Source: an uncultured Muribaculaceae bacterium (GTDB lineage: Bacteria > Bacillota_I > Bacilli_A > RF39 > UBA660). Taken from it: DNA of 64,000 nucleotides. Below the pieces are notes generated by a model. The model was not told the origin of the DNA. It made no database searches and saw nothing but the letters and a program-made list of their open reading frames with translations. The position numbers and the translations under genes were made by a program. Position 1 is the first letter of the stretch, and each line of letters begins with the position of its first letter. Shown here piece by piece: positions 20,629 through 29,926 of the stretch. The DNA lies in NCBI GenBank assembly GCA_964397485.1, contig CAYNHT010000002.1:158061-222060 (forward strand). Reading direction: 5' to 3'.

Positions 20629-21289
20629 AATCATTTATGAAGATAATCATTTGTTAGTAGTAGAAAAACCAATTAATATTCCCGTACAAGCCGATGAAAG
20701 TAATGATATGGATTTTCTTAATCTACTTAAAGAATATATCAGAAAACAATACGCTAAACCTGGAAATGTGTACTTAGGACTAGTTCATCGTTTGGATAGA
20801 CCCGTTGGTGGTATTATGGTATTCGCTAAAACATCTAAAGCAGCAAGTAGGTTAAGTAAGCAAATCAGGACTCACAGGATGGAAAAAGGTTATTTGGCCG
20901 TTATGATAGGAGAGTTATTTCCTGCAAACGGGAAGTTAGTTGATAAACTAATTAAAGATACGAAAAAGAATATTGTTGTAGTTTCTGATGAAGGAAAAGA
21001 GGCAATTTTAAATTATCAGGTGATTGACACAATAGATAATTTATCATTAGTTGAAATTGATTTAATAACAGGGCACTCTCATCAAATAAGAGTACAATTT
21101 GCCTCTAGAAACCATCCGTTGTATGGTGATCAAAAATATAATAAAGGAGCAACGGTTGGAGAACAAATCGCATTATTTGCCAATAGACTTAGTTTATATC
21201 ATCCTATTACTAGAGAAAAAATGGAATTTAAATTAGACATTCCAAAGAGAAAACCATGGAATAGATTTATAAAGCAGAGCGATATTTAA
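20621..21289 (+). CDS. RluA-family pseudouridine synthase (no S4 domain)
   Basis: MIKIIYEDNHLLVVEKP...HRLDRPVGG. ATG 20621 overlaps the upstream stop (ATGATTAA). Confidence 0.88.
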   Translation: MIKIIYEDNHLLVVEKPINIPVQADESNDMDFLNLLKEYIRKQYAKPGNVYLGLVHRLDRPVGGIMVFAKTSKAASRLSKQIRTHRMEKGYLAVMIGELFPANGKLVDKLIKDTKKNIVVVSDEGKEAILNYQVIDTIDNLSLVEIDLITGHSHQIRVQFASRNHPLYGDQKYNKGATVGEQIALFANRLSLYHPITREKMEFKLDIPKRKPWNRFIKQSDI

Positions 21290-21437
21290 AAAAATGTTAA
21301 ATGTAAATATATACATAATTAAAATGATGACTATTTTATAATAATGTTACCTTTTTCAAAGTGAAACAAGCGTTTATTAAATTTTATTCTCCAAAAAAAA
21401 ATATATAAACGGATGTTATAAGAGGTCAAATTTAATA

Positions 21438-21478
21438 AAAAAGTGCCTAAATGTGTAAAGTTAGGTACTTTTTATTTG
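21438..21478 (+). terminator. Orphan intrinsic terminator in the 316-nt intergenic region
   Basis: 13-bp stem (21438-21450 with 21461-21473, one G-U), 10-nt loop, then tttatttg. It lies 150 nt after the nearest stop codon. Confidence 0.55.
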
Positions 21479-21529
21479 TTAGTCGATATCAAATACTAAT
21501 AATTATTTTACAATATTATTAGAACTACA

Positions 21530-21562
21530 AAGAGATAATTGTTATCTTTTTGTTTTTTATTG
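21530..21562 (+). terminator. Second orphan terminator-like hairpin
   Basis: 12-bp stem acaaagagataa/ttatctttttgt (one G-U), loop ttg, then a T run. Confidence 0.45.
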
Positions 21563-21605
21563 TAAAGCAAAGAATATATTAACATATATTTTATTAGGTG
21601 ATAAA

Positions 21606-22289
21606 ATGACTAGATATAAAGCATGTGTTTTATTTTTGTTTATTATAGGAATATGTACATTTAGTTTTGTTGAAGCAGAACAAAATCCTTTGCCTTTATT
21701 TGGTAAGGTTATATATATTGACCCTGGTCACGGAGGGACCGATCCTGGCGCGATTTATAAAGAAATATATGAATCTGATATAAACCTTGAAATAAGTAAG
21801 AAAATAGAGGACGTTTTAAGAAGCTATGGGGCAATTGTGTATCTAACACGTTATGGAGATTATGATCTAGCAGTCCCGCATGCTCTTAATAGAAAACGAA
21901 GTGACCTATCAAGAAGGGGTAATATTATTAATAGATCAATGTGTGATATGTATATATCAATTCACTTAAATGCTGAAACGTCAAGTACATGGTATGGGGC
22001 TCAGGTTTTTTATGACGATGTTAATCCTGATAATAAGGCAATTGCTGAAACAATGCAGAAAGTATTAAGTAGTAATTTAAGAACAAGAAGAAAAATATCT
22101 GAAACATCTGAAATGTATTTACATAGACGAGTTGAAAGACCGGGTGTATTAATAGAAGCAGGCTTTTTAACTAATCCAAATGAAAGATATTTACTAAGAC
22201 AAGAATGGTATCAGAAAAAATTGGCTAAAGTAATCAGTGATGGCATTTTACAATACTTCCAAAATAGTCAAATAAAAATAGGTGTTTAG
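21606..22289 (+). CDS. cwlD: Germination-specific N-acetylmuramoyl-L-alanine amidase CwlD
   Basis: N-terminal membrane anchor plus an Amidase_3 domain (IYIDPGHGGTDPGA, ISIHLNA, EAGFLTN). About 230 aa and syntenic with B. subtilis rpsI...cwlD. Confidence 0.85.
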   Translation: MTRYKACVLFLFIIGICTFSFVEAEQNPLPLFGKVIYIDPGHGGTDPGAIYKEIYESDINLEISKKIEDVLRSYGAIVYLTRYGDYDLAVPHALNRKRSDLSRRGNIINRSMCDMYISIHLNAETSSTWYGAQVFYDDVNPDNKAIAETMQKVLSSNLRTRRKISETSEMYLHRRVERPGVLIEAGFLTNPNERYLLRQEWYQKKLAKVISDGILQYFQNSQIKIGV

Positions 22290-22405
22290 TGTATAAAAAC
22301 ATTTAAAAGATTTAATAAATTTAAATCTTTTTTTACACAAAAATACCACAAAAAAAACATATTTTTTTTATAATTATTATGATATAATGAATAATAGGTG
22401 GTCGT

Positions 22406-23338
22406 ATGGGAAATAAGACATTTAAATCCTTAGAAGAACAAATAGAAATATTGAAATCAAAAGGATTAATCATCTGTAATGATGATATCGCTAAAGAAAT
22501 ATTGTTTCGTGAAAACTATTTTTTTATTAGTGGATATAGACATTTGTTTATGAGATCTATAAAAGAACATAATTTTATTGAAGGAACAACGTTTGAAGAA
22601 TTATATGCAACATTCGTTTTTGATCGCAGAGTTAGAAATATAATGTTTAAGTATATTTTAGTTATAGAAAATAATATTAAGTCAATAATAAGTTATACGT
22701 TGTCTAAAAAATATGGTTTTAAAGAGAAGGATTATTTGAACACTAGAAACTTTAATCAAGATAGTGCTAGAATAAGACAAGTTCATGATATTTTAAATAA
22801 AATGAAAAGACAGATTCGTGTTAATGGAAGACAACATAAAGCTACGATGCACTATTTAAGTAATTATGGGTATATCCCAATGTGGATTTTAGTTAAGGTT
22901 TTATCATTTGGTATAATAGCAGAACTTTATAATATACTAAAACCTGAAGACCAATTGAAGATATCAGAATTTTATGATATCGATGTAGAAACATTGTCTA
23001 TTTATCTATCTTTATTAGCAAATTCAAGAAATTTATGTGCTCACGAAGATATTTTGTATGATCATCGTATGCAAAGGTCAATTCCTGATAATAAATATCA
23101 TTACATGCTTAATATCGATATGACTGATGATGAATATAATTATGGTAAAAATGATTTATATTCCTTAGTAATAATCTTAAGACAAATGTTATCAGATGTT
23201 GAATTTAGGGAATTTATTTATGAAATAGGTTACGAAATTGACGTTTTAGATGGAAAGGTAGATGTAGTACCGTTAAACAGTATTTTAAATAAAATGGGCT
23301 TTCCAGATAATTGGAGAGATATAATAGATATTGATTAG
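22406..23338 (+). CDS. Abi-like protein (Abi_2 / AbiD-AbiF family abortive-infection protein)
   Basis: Collinear Abi_2 hallmarks are present: SLEEQIEILKSKGL, NYFFISGY, FEELYATFVFDRRVRN, IPMWILVKVLSFG, RNLCAHED. Confidence 0.85.
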   Translation: MGNKTFKSLEEQIEILKSKGLIICNDDIAKEILFRENYFFISGYRHLFMRSIKEHNFIEGTTFEELYATFVFDRRVRNIMFKYILVIENNIKSIISYTLSKKYGFKEKDYLNTRNFNQDSARIRQVHDILNKMKRQIRVNGRQHKATMHYLSNYGYIPMWILVKVLSFGIIAELYNILKPEDQLKISEFYDIDVETLSIYLSLLANSRNLCAHEDILYDHRMQRSIPDNKYHYMLNIDMTDDEYNYGKNDLYSLVIILRQMLSDVEFREFIYEIGYEIDVLDGKVDVVPLNSILNKMGFPDNWRDIIDID

Positions 23339-23347
23339 GAGGTAAGT

Positions 23348-24439
23348 ATGCGAGAAAAAATAGTATATATTATAACTATCATTATTTCACTGTCTGTAGG
23401 AGTTATTGGAACAATTATTACACTTCAATATGTACCTACTAAAACAGAGGTTATTGAAAGAAATATTAATGAGGTTACCATTAACGAAAGTGATACCATA
23501 AAATCAGCTGTTAACAAGGTATATGATTCTGTTGTAGTAATTGAGGCGTATAAGGGAAATACGCCTATAAGTACAGGAACAGGATTTGTTTATAAAACGG
23601 ATGAAGATTATGGTTATATAATAACTAATCATCATGTTATTGATAGTGGTACAAGTATAAAAGTTCTAAATATTGAAGGACAACAAGTTGATGCTACAAT
23701 TTTAGGTAGTGATGCGTATGCTGATATAGCAGTATTATCAATTGATAAAGAGGCTGTTTTACAAGTGGCAGAAATTGGAGATAGTACTAAATTAGAATTA
23801 GGAGATACATTATTTACTGTCGGATCTCCGCTTGGAAAAGAATATATGGGAACTGTTACAAAAGGAATTTTATCTGGCCAAGATAGAACAGTAACAGTCG
23901 AGTTATCTCATGGTAGTTTCATGATGGAAGTATTACAAACTGATGCGGCTATAAATCCTGGAAATAGTGGGGGACCGCTTGTTAATATAAATGGTGAAGT
24001 TATTGGAGTTAATTCATTGAAGTTAGTAAAGGATGAAATTGAAGGAATGGGATTTGCTATTCCTATTGAATTAGTTATGTCTAGCGTTGATCGTTTGGAG
24101 AAAGGTGAAGAAATCAAAAGACCTTTGTTTGGTGCTGAACTGTCAGACGCAACTAATACATATGGGTTATACAGAAACGATATATATTTAAAAGATGATT
24201 TTACTAGCGGAGTTGTAGTTATAAGTGTTGTTGAAGGAATGCCAGCTGCAGGTTCTAATTTTCAAAAGGGTGATGTTATATTAGAAATTAATAACACAAA
24301 GATAAAGAATATTGGACATTTTAGATTTATTTTGTATAAATATGATATCGGAGATACCATAACTGTTAAGTATTACCGTGATGGTAAAATAAATGAAGTA
24401 GATGTACTTTTGGATAAAAGCGTAGAAGACGGTCAATAG
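23348..24439 (+). CDS. htrA: HtrA/DegP-family S1C serine protease with PDZ domain, membrane anchored
   Basis: N-terminal TM helix. Catalytic triad context TNHHV / DIAVL / GNSGGPLVN, plus a C-terminal PDZ domain. SD ggagg; the gene starts 9 nt after the Abi stop. Confidence 0.9.
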   Translation: MREKIVYIITIIISLSVGVIGTIITLQYVPTKTEVIERNINEVTINESDTIKSAVNKVYDSVVVIEAYKGNTPISTGTGFVYKTDEDYGYIITNHHVIDSGTSIKVLNIEGQQVDATILGSDAYADIAVLSIDKEAVLQVAEIGDSTKLELGDTLFTVGSPLGKEYMGTVTKGILSGQDRTVTVELSHGSFMMEVLQTDAAINPGNSGGPLVNINGEVIGVNSLKLVKDEIEGMGFAIPIELVMSSVDRLEKGEEIKRPLFGAELSDATNTYGLYRNDIYLKDDFTSGVVVISVVEGMPAAGSNFQKGDVILEINNTKIKNIGHFRFILYKYDIGDTITVKYYRDGKINEVDVLLDKSVEDGQ

Positions 24440-24509
24440 ATCGTTTTTTTGTATGTTATTTATAACAAAAATAGATATATATCATAGAATATTTTGAGGA
24501 GGGAATACT

Positions 24510-26081
24510 ATGATAGTAATAGATGCTGGTCATGGAGGAGATGATCCAGGTGCAATAGGCGGTGGCATAATTGAAAAAAATATGAATTTAGATATTTCTA
24601 AATATATGAATGATAGATTTAGTGAATTGGGTGTTCCAGTTAAAATGACAAGAACAACTGATGAGACACTTTCCCCAAGTGTAAGAACACAAAGAGTTAT
24701 AAATGCTTTTGGAAATAATCCTAACGTATTAGTATTATCTAACCATATAAATGCAGGTGGTGGAGATGGGGCTGAAGTTATTTATGCGCTACGTAACACT
24801 AGCACTTTATCTAATTTAATTTTAGAAGAAATCGCCAAAGAAGGTCAAAATATAAGAAAAGCGTATCAAAGACGTTTACCATCTGATACATCAAAAGATT
24901 ATTATTTTATGCATAGAGAAACGGGTGTTACACAACCAGTGATCATTGAATATGGTTTTTTAGATAGCCCAGGGGACGATGTTCAACAATTAAAAAACAA
25001 TTGGCAAAATTATTCTGAAGCTGTTGTTAGGGCAGTCATGAAATATTTAAATTTACCATATACCCCACCGGAAGGAGCAGATGTTTATGTTGTTCAACCA
25101 GGTGATAGTTTATGGAGTGTTGCTAAAAAATTTAATATTACTGTAGAGGAATTGAAAGCAGCTAATAATTTGACAACTAATTTATTAAGTGTAGGTCAAA
25201 TACTTAAAATACCAACAGTTCAACCAGAACCAGTACCAGGGGAATATATTGTTTATACAGTTCAAGCAGGAGATAGTTTATATTCAATAGCCCAACGATA
25301 TAATACAACAGTTGATAATTTAATTAGTTACAATAACTTAAGTACTACTAGTCTAAAAATAGGTCAACAATTATTAATACCAACAACGACAGTACCACCA
25401 GTGACTCCACCGGTAGAACCACCAACTGACTTTATAACATATACAGTAAAATCCGGAGATAATCTATACGCAATAGCTCGTACTTATAACACGACTGTGA
25501 ATGCTATAATGCAATTAAATAATCTAACAAGTACTTCATTAAGCATAGGTCAACAATTAAGAATACCGACAACTACCACGCCGCCAGAAGAGCCGCCAGT
25601 GATACCACCAGAAGAACCACCAACTGACTTTATAACATATACAGTAAAATCCGGAGATAATCTATACGCAATAGCTCGTACTTATAATACAACAATAGAT
25701 GAAATAATGCGTTTAAATAATCTAACAAGTACTTTATTGAGCTTGGGTCAACAATTAAAAATCCCAACAGCAACGACACCACCACAAGTAGATTATATAG
25801 ATTACGTTGTTAAATCCGGAGATAATTTATACTCGATAGCCCAAAGGTACAACACTACAACAACTAGATTGATGGAATTTAATAATTTGAAAACGAATCT
25901 TTTAAGTATAGGTCAAGTGTTAAGAATACCGACAACTAGTTCTCCAGTAACATATACAGTAAAATCTGGAGATAATTTATATTCAATAGCCCAAAGATTT
26001 AATACTACTGCTGATGAAATAAAAAGAAAAAATAACCTAACTTCCAATCTTTTAAGTATAGGTCAAATATTAATTATATAA
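24510..26081 (+). CDS. N-acetylmuramoyl-L-alanine amidase (Amidase_3, no signal peptide) with six C-terminal LysM modules
   Basis: Starts directly with MIVIDAGHGGDDPGA, as CwlC does. Six Y(T/V)V(K/Q)xGD(S/N)LYxIA...NNL...L..GQ.L.IP modules are separated by Pro-rich linkers. Confidence 0.9.
   Translation: MIVIDAGHGGDDPGAIGGGIIEKNMNLDISKYMNDRFSELGVPVKMTRTTDETLSPSVRTQRVINAFGNNPNVLVLSNHINAGGGDGAEVIYALRNTSTLSNLILEEIAKEGQNIRKAYQRRLPSDTSKDYYFMHRETGVTQPVIIEYGFLDSPGDDVQQLKNNWQNYSEAVVRAVMKYLNLPYTPPEGADVYVVQPGDSLWSVAKKFNITVEELKAANNLTTNLLSVGQILKIPTVQPEPVPGEYIVYTVQAGDSLYSIAQRYNTTVDNLISYNNLSTTSLKIGQQLLIPTTTVPPVTPPVEPPTDFITYTVKSGDNLYAIARTYNTTVNAIMQLNNLTSTSLSIGQQLRIPTTTTPPEEPPVIPPEEPPTDFITYTVKSGDNLYAIARTYNTTIDEIMRLNNLTSTLLSLGQQLKIPTATTPPQVDYIDYVVKSGDNLYSIAQRYNTTTTRLMEFNNLKTNLLSIGQVLRIPTTSSPVTYTVKSGDNLYSIAQRFNTTADEIKRKNNLTSNLLSIGQILII
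25416..25687 (+). repeat. Intragenic direct repeat (LysM modules 3 and 4)
   Basis: 25416-25489 is identical to 25614-25687 (74 nt, checked base by base). The period is 198 nt, or 66 codons. Confidence 0.95.
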
Positions 26082-26104
26082 AAGAGACATTAATATGTCT
26101 CTTT
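26081..26104. terminator. Bidirectional terminator between convergent genes
   Basis: Perfect palindrome aaagagacat-taat-atgtctcttt, flanked by A and T runs. Confidence 0.75.
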
Positions 26105-26531
26105 ATCTAATTTGTACACAAACCCCAATAGCTGGTCTATAAAAACAATGATTTTTATATCTACCACTTAATTGTTGGTCCCACCACGTTGGCAAACAAT
26201 TTTCTCCTTTTTTAGGAGCGTAAAACCATAAAGCATGGGTAGCAGGATAATAATATTCTCCTCTTAAAACGCGATCTGCTAAATTTCTTTCAGCCGTTGT
26301 TGGACTACTGAAAAACAAAGGACTATCTTTTCCCGAAAAACCACCGGGAGATTGATAAATCACTTGCGATATGGTTCTTATATCTCTAAATGTTAAACAA
26401 TCAGCAATCCCTCGATTAACTGCAACATTACCAACCATTAACATACCTAAATCGCCTTCACCGATAGCTTCAGCCCTCATTAAACGGGCAAGTAGATCTC
26501 TTTCACTACTTGTATATTTGATTACACTCAT
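26103..26531 (-). CDS. cwlJ: Spore cortex-lytic enzyme, CwlJ/SleB catalytic-domain family (Hydrolase_2)
   Basis: 142 aa, collinear with B. subtilis CwlJ from memory (DLLARLMRAEAIGEG, VGNVAVNR, ending HCFYRP). Confidence 0.8.
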   Translation of the reverse strand: MSVIKYTSSERDLLARLMRAEAIGEGDLGMLMVGNVAVNRGIADCLTFRDIRTISQVIYQSPGGFSGKDSPLFFSSPTTAERNLADRVLRGEYYYPATHALWFYAPKKGENCLPTWWDQQLSGRYKNHCFYRPAIGVCVQIR

Positions 26532-26574
26532 TAAATCACCTAATTAAATATATGAAATAAATAATAAAATATTA

Positions 26575-26603
26575 TTGTATAATGGCTTAAAGTATGATAT
26601 AAT
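26575..26603 (+). promoter_or_regulatory. SigA-type promoter of tRNA-Trp
   Basis: TTGTAT (26575-26580), 17-nt spacer, extended -10 TGaTATAAT (26595-26603). Confidence 0.55.
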
Positions 26604-26625
26604 TTATTTGCTTGAATGCACTTAC

Positions 26626-26699
26626 AGGGGTGTAGTTAAATGGTATAATGACGGTCTCCAAAACCGTGGTTGGGAGTTCGATTCTCTCCACCCCTGCCA
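26626..26699 (+). tRNA. trnW: tRNA-Trp (anticodon CCA)
   Basis: Hand-folded cloverleaf: acceptor AGGGGTG/CACCCCT, anticodon stem ACGGT/ACCGT with loop CTCCAAA, T-arm GGGAGTTCGATTCTCTC, encoded 3' CCA. Length 74 nt. Confidence 0.9.
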
Positions 26700-26714
26700 A
26701 ATATGAATTATTTG

Positions 26715-26742
26715 AACTTGGTATGAAAATATCAAGTTTTTT
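26715..26742 (+). terminator. Intrinsic terminator after tRNA-Trp
   Basis: 10-bp stem aacttggtat/atatcaagtt (one G-U), loop gaaa, then T6. Confidence 0.75.
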
Positions 26743-26768
26743 GCTATAATATTATTGAGGTGTAAGTA

Positions 26769-27242
26769 ATGATTGTAAATTATTCAGATCAGGAAATAAT
26801 AAAAGGGAAAAGCTCAATTTTTCTTGCTGGACCCACTCCAAGAGGAAAAAACGTTGTTTCATGGCGAAATGAAGCTTGTAAAATTTTAGAAGAACTTAAA
26901 TTTAATGGAATAGTTTATGTGCCGGAATATTCTACGTGGAAACCGAAAGAAGATTATGTAGATCAAGCTATGTGGGAAAGAATTGGTTTAAATGAAGCGA
27001 CAGTGATTATGTTCTGGATTCCTAGACGTTTGCCTGATATGCCAGCTTTTACTACAAATGTAGAATTTGGATATTGGTTGCACTCTAATAAAGTCGTTTA
27101 TGGAAGGCCAAATGATGCTGAAAAAATTAAATATTTAGATTGGTTATATAAATTAGATTATAATAAGGAACCTTTTGAAAATTTATATGAAACATTAAAA
27201 GAGTGTGTCGATATAATTAATAAAAAAACATATAATAAATAA
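26769..27242 (+). CDS. Nucleoside 2-deoxyribosyltransferase-like domain protein
   Basis: 157 aa. SIFLAGPTPRG...WR.EA...PE...TNVEFGYW resembles the Nuc_deoxyri_tr2-type family as I recall it. No search was possible. Confidence 0.45.
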   Translation: MIVNYSDQEIIKGKSSIFLAGPTPRGKNVVSWRNEACKILEELKFNGIVYVPEYSTWKPKEDYVDQAMWERIGLNEATVIMFWIPRRLPDMPAFTTNVEFGYWLHSNKVVYGRPNDAEKIKYLDWLYKLDYNKEPFENLYETLKECVDIINKKTYNK

Positions 27243-27312
27243 TTAATTTTAGGTTCTTTTTGGTATAAGGTAGTGAAAATTTTTAGCCAATATTATTTAT
27301 TATATAATTTTT

Positions 27313-27338
27313 AAACTTCTTAAATGAAGTTTTTTTTA
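27313..27338 (+). terminator. Intrinsic terminator
   Basis: Stem aaacttc/gaagttt, loop ttaaat, then T7. Confidence 0.65.
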
Positions 27339-27380
27339 TATCTATTTAAGTATATGGTATAATTTATTAAGGTGATTTAA

Positions 27381-28256
27381 ATGAGAAAAAGAAGTTCAAA
27401 GATATCTAGAGATAACACAAAAAAAACAAATAAAAAAAGGAACTACGATTATAAAAATAATTTTGAGCGAAAAAGTACTGAACCATCAAAAAAGATGATT
27501 TTGAAAAACAATAAAAATAAATTCAAGCAATTCGAACCAATAAATACTGGTGAAATTAGATTGAATAAGCATATTAGTGATAGTGGCTTTTGTTCTAGAA
27601 GAGAAGCAGACAACTATATAGCTATGGGTAAAGTTAAAGTTGATGGAAAAGTGGCAGGAATAGGTTCAAAGATCAATTCTAGGAGTGAAGTACTAGTCAA
27701 TAATCATTTGATTGAAGTGGTAGATAACACGGTTTATATAGCCCTTAATAAGCCAGTCGGAATTACTTGTACAACTGAGCATAATGTTAAGGATAATATC
27801 GTTGATTTCGTTAACTATCCAGAAAGAATATTTCCGATTGGCAGACTTGATAAGGAATCAGAGGGACTTATATTGTTAACAAATGATGGAGATATAGTCA
27901 ATAAAATATTAAGAGCTGATAACAATCATGAAAAAGAGTATTTTGTTCGTGTTAATAAAAAAATAAATGATGAATTTGTAAAAAAAATGAGTAGTGGAAT
28001 TCCAATCTTAGGCACTAAAACAAAAAAATGTATTGTAACTAAAATTGATGATTTTACTTTTAATATAATATTAGTGCAAGGATTAAATAGGCAGATTAGA
28101 AGAATGTGTGAATATTTAGGTTATGAGGTTGTGGCTTTAAAAAGAGAAAGAATTATGAACATTGATTTAAGTAAATTACCTATTGGTAAATGGAGATTTC
28201 TAACTGAAAAGGAAATAAAAAAAATAAAAGATCTAAGTTCAGAATCTTCAAAATAA
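27381..28256 (+). CDS. RsuA/RluF-family rRNA pseudouridine synthase with S4 domain and Lys-rich N-terminal extension
   Basis: S4 domain ([22 protein letters not shown]) and catalytic [17 protein letters not shown]. The ~55-aa basic N-terminal tail is unusual. Confidence 0.88.
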   Translation: MRKRSSKISRDNTKKTNKKRNYDYKNNFERKSTEPSKKMILKNNKNKFKQFEPINTGEIRLNKHISDSGFCSRREADNYIAMGKVKVDGKVAGIGSKINSRSEVLVNNHLIEVVDNTVYIALNKPVGITCTTEHNVKDNIVDFVNYPERIFPIGRLDKESEGLILLTNDGDIVNKILRADNNHEKEYFVRVNKKINDEFVKKMSSGIPILGTKTKKCIVTKIDDFTFNIILVQGLNRQIRRMCEYLGYEVVALKRERIMNIDLSKLPIGKWRFLTEKEIKKIKDLSSESSK

Positions 28257-28413
28257 GCTAATATCAATTCGATTTTTAAGAATAGTGCTTGTTTTTTTAG
28301 TTTAAATTGATACTGTTTTGTATTGAAAAAATAATTGAGGGATTAAATCCTTTTTTAGTAGTTTGTATTTAGTGATTTAAATGGTATAATTATTTATAGG
28401 ATAAGGTGGTAGT

Positions 28414-28908
28414 ATGACAGTGATTGCATCGTATGTAACGATTTTTTTAATTAAATTTATAGGTGGAGGCCTTGCTAATTATAGATTAATCATGATGAAA
28501 GAAGGTAATAGAATAGGAGTTTCTGTACTTACTATTTTTACGAGTCTATCTTGGATTTTAGCAATGGGGTTAGTAGTTGATAGTATAAACGAAGACATCT
28601 TTGTGGTAATTCCTTTTTTATTAGCTGTTGTTGGTGGTAATTATTTTGGTATGTATATAAACAATAAAATAAAAATAGGTCACGTATTAACGACTGTTAT
28701 AATTAACAATGATGAACTTGATTTAATAAAAAAATTGAAAGAGTTAAATTTTGATATTAAGGTCTTCAAAGCAACTGGGAAGGATAATGAAAAAAAAGTA
28801 GTTTTAATTAAAACTAGAACAAGTGAACATAAAACGTTAATCCAAACAATGAAAGATCTTAATGCTAATAAATTTATAATAAACGAAAAAATAGAGGAGG
28901 TATTCTAA
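28414..28908 (+). CDS. UPF0316-like membrane protein (DUF5698+DUF2179 architecture), paralog 1
   Basis: Three N-terminal hydrophobic helices plus a ~70-aa soluble C-terminal domain. This is the most divergent of the three tandem copies. Confidence 0.65.
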   Translation: MTVIASYVTIFLIKFIGGGLANYRLIMMKEGNRIGVSVLTIFTSLSWILAMGLVVDSINEDIFVVIPFLLAVVGGNYFGMYINNKIKIGHVLTTVIINNDELDLIKKLKELNFDIKVFKATGKDNEKKVVLIKTRTSEHKTLIQTMKDLNANKFIINEKIEEVF

Positions 28909-29408
28909 TGGATATATATTTATATTTATTTATATTTTCTCTGAAAATTTTAGAGGTAGGAATTTATTCGATTAGAATGGTACTTCTTACCTCTGGAGAA
29001 AAATATAAATCTTCATTATTCAGTTTTTTTGAAGTTGTTGTATGGGCTTTTGGAACTGGTATGGTAGCTAAATTGATTTTTGAAGATCTATTTATATTAT
29101 TTCCATATTTGTTAGGTGGATTAATAGGTGCTTTTTTAGGAATGACAATACAAGAGTTTATATCTAAAAGAGATACAATTGTAATTACTTTTATTAATAT
29201 AGACAACTTCAATGAAATAACAAGTTCTCTTAGAAAAAATAAATATGGTTTGACTATTTTAGAATGTGAAGAAGGAGAAAAAATGTTGCTTGTAGCGACT
29301 AAGAAAAATCGAATTTCTAATCTAAGGAAAATCATAAAGAGAATTGATAAAGACTCTACAATTATAACAAATGCAGCTGGGGATACAGTTGGAGGTTATA
29401 TATACTAG
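28908..29408 (+). CDS. UPF0316-like membrane protein, paralog 2
   Basis: Same architecture; the C-terminus ...GDTVGGYIY resembles B. subtilis YebE-type UPF0316 (from memory). The start overlaps the upstream stop (TAATG). Confidence 0.7.
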   Translation: MDIYLYLFIFSLKILEVGIYSIRMVLLTSGEKYKSSLFSFFEVVVWAFGTGMVAKLIFEDLFILFPYLLGGLIGAFLGMTIQEFISKRDTIVITFINIDNFNEITSSLRKNKYGLTILECEEGEKMLLVATKKNRISNLRKIIKRIDKDSTIITNAAGDTVGGYIY

Positions 29409-29422
29409 GAAGGTGATAATAA

Positions 29423-29926
29423 ATGATTTATTTTTTAATCTTTTTTCAGAAAATAATTGAAAATGCATTAAGTTCTTTTAGAGCAATTGTTTATACTGCT
29501 GGTCATAAGCATATAGGCGCCCTTCTTATAGCTATTAATACTGTTTTTTGGTTGTATATAGTTACAATCATTATTCATGATCTAACTGACGATCCAATTA
29601 AAGTTTTAATTTACGCATTAGGACAATTTTTTGGAGTCTATATAGGTATGGTTATTGAAAAAAGAATGGCAATTGGGAAATCATTACTGTATGTAATATT
29701 AGGAAAAGAAAACGAAGAGAACGTTACTCAAGAGTTAAGGGAAAAGGGGTATGGAGTTACCTGCATTGAAGCAAAAGGTTATGATGATAATGTAAAGAGT
29801 TTGCTTCTTATAGTTTGTAAAAGAAAAAATAAAGATACTATTCGAGATATAATAAAAAAATTCGAAAGTGAAGTGGTCATAATGAGTAAAAATCCTTCTA
29901 ATTTTACTGGAGGATATGTGAATTAG
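29423..29926 (+). CDS. UPF0316-like membrane protein, paralog 3
   Basis: Same architecture (QKIIENALSSFRAIVYTAG..., C-terminus NFTGGYVN). Confidence 0.7.
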   Translation: MIYFLIFFQKIIENALSSFRAIVYTAGHKHIGALLIAINTVFWLYIVTIIIHDLTDDPIKVLIYALGQFFGVYIGMVIEKRMAIGKSLLYVILGKENEENVTQELREKGYGVTCIEAKGYDDNVKSLLLIVCKRKNKDTIRDIIKKFESEVVIMSKNPSNFTGGYVN

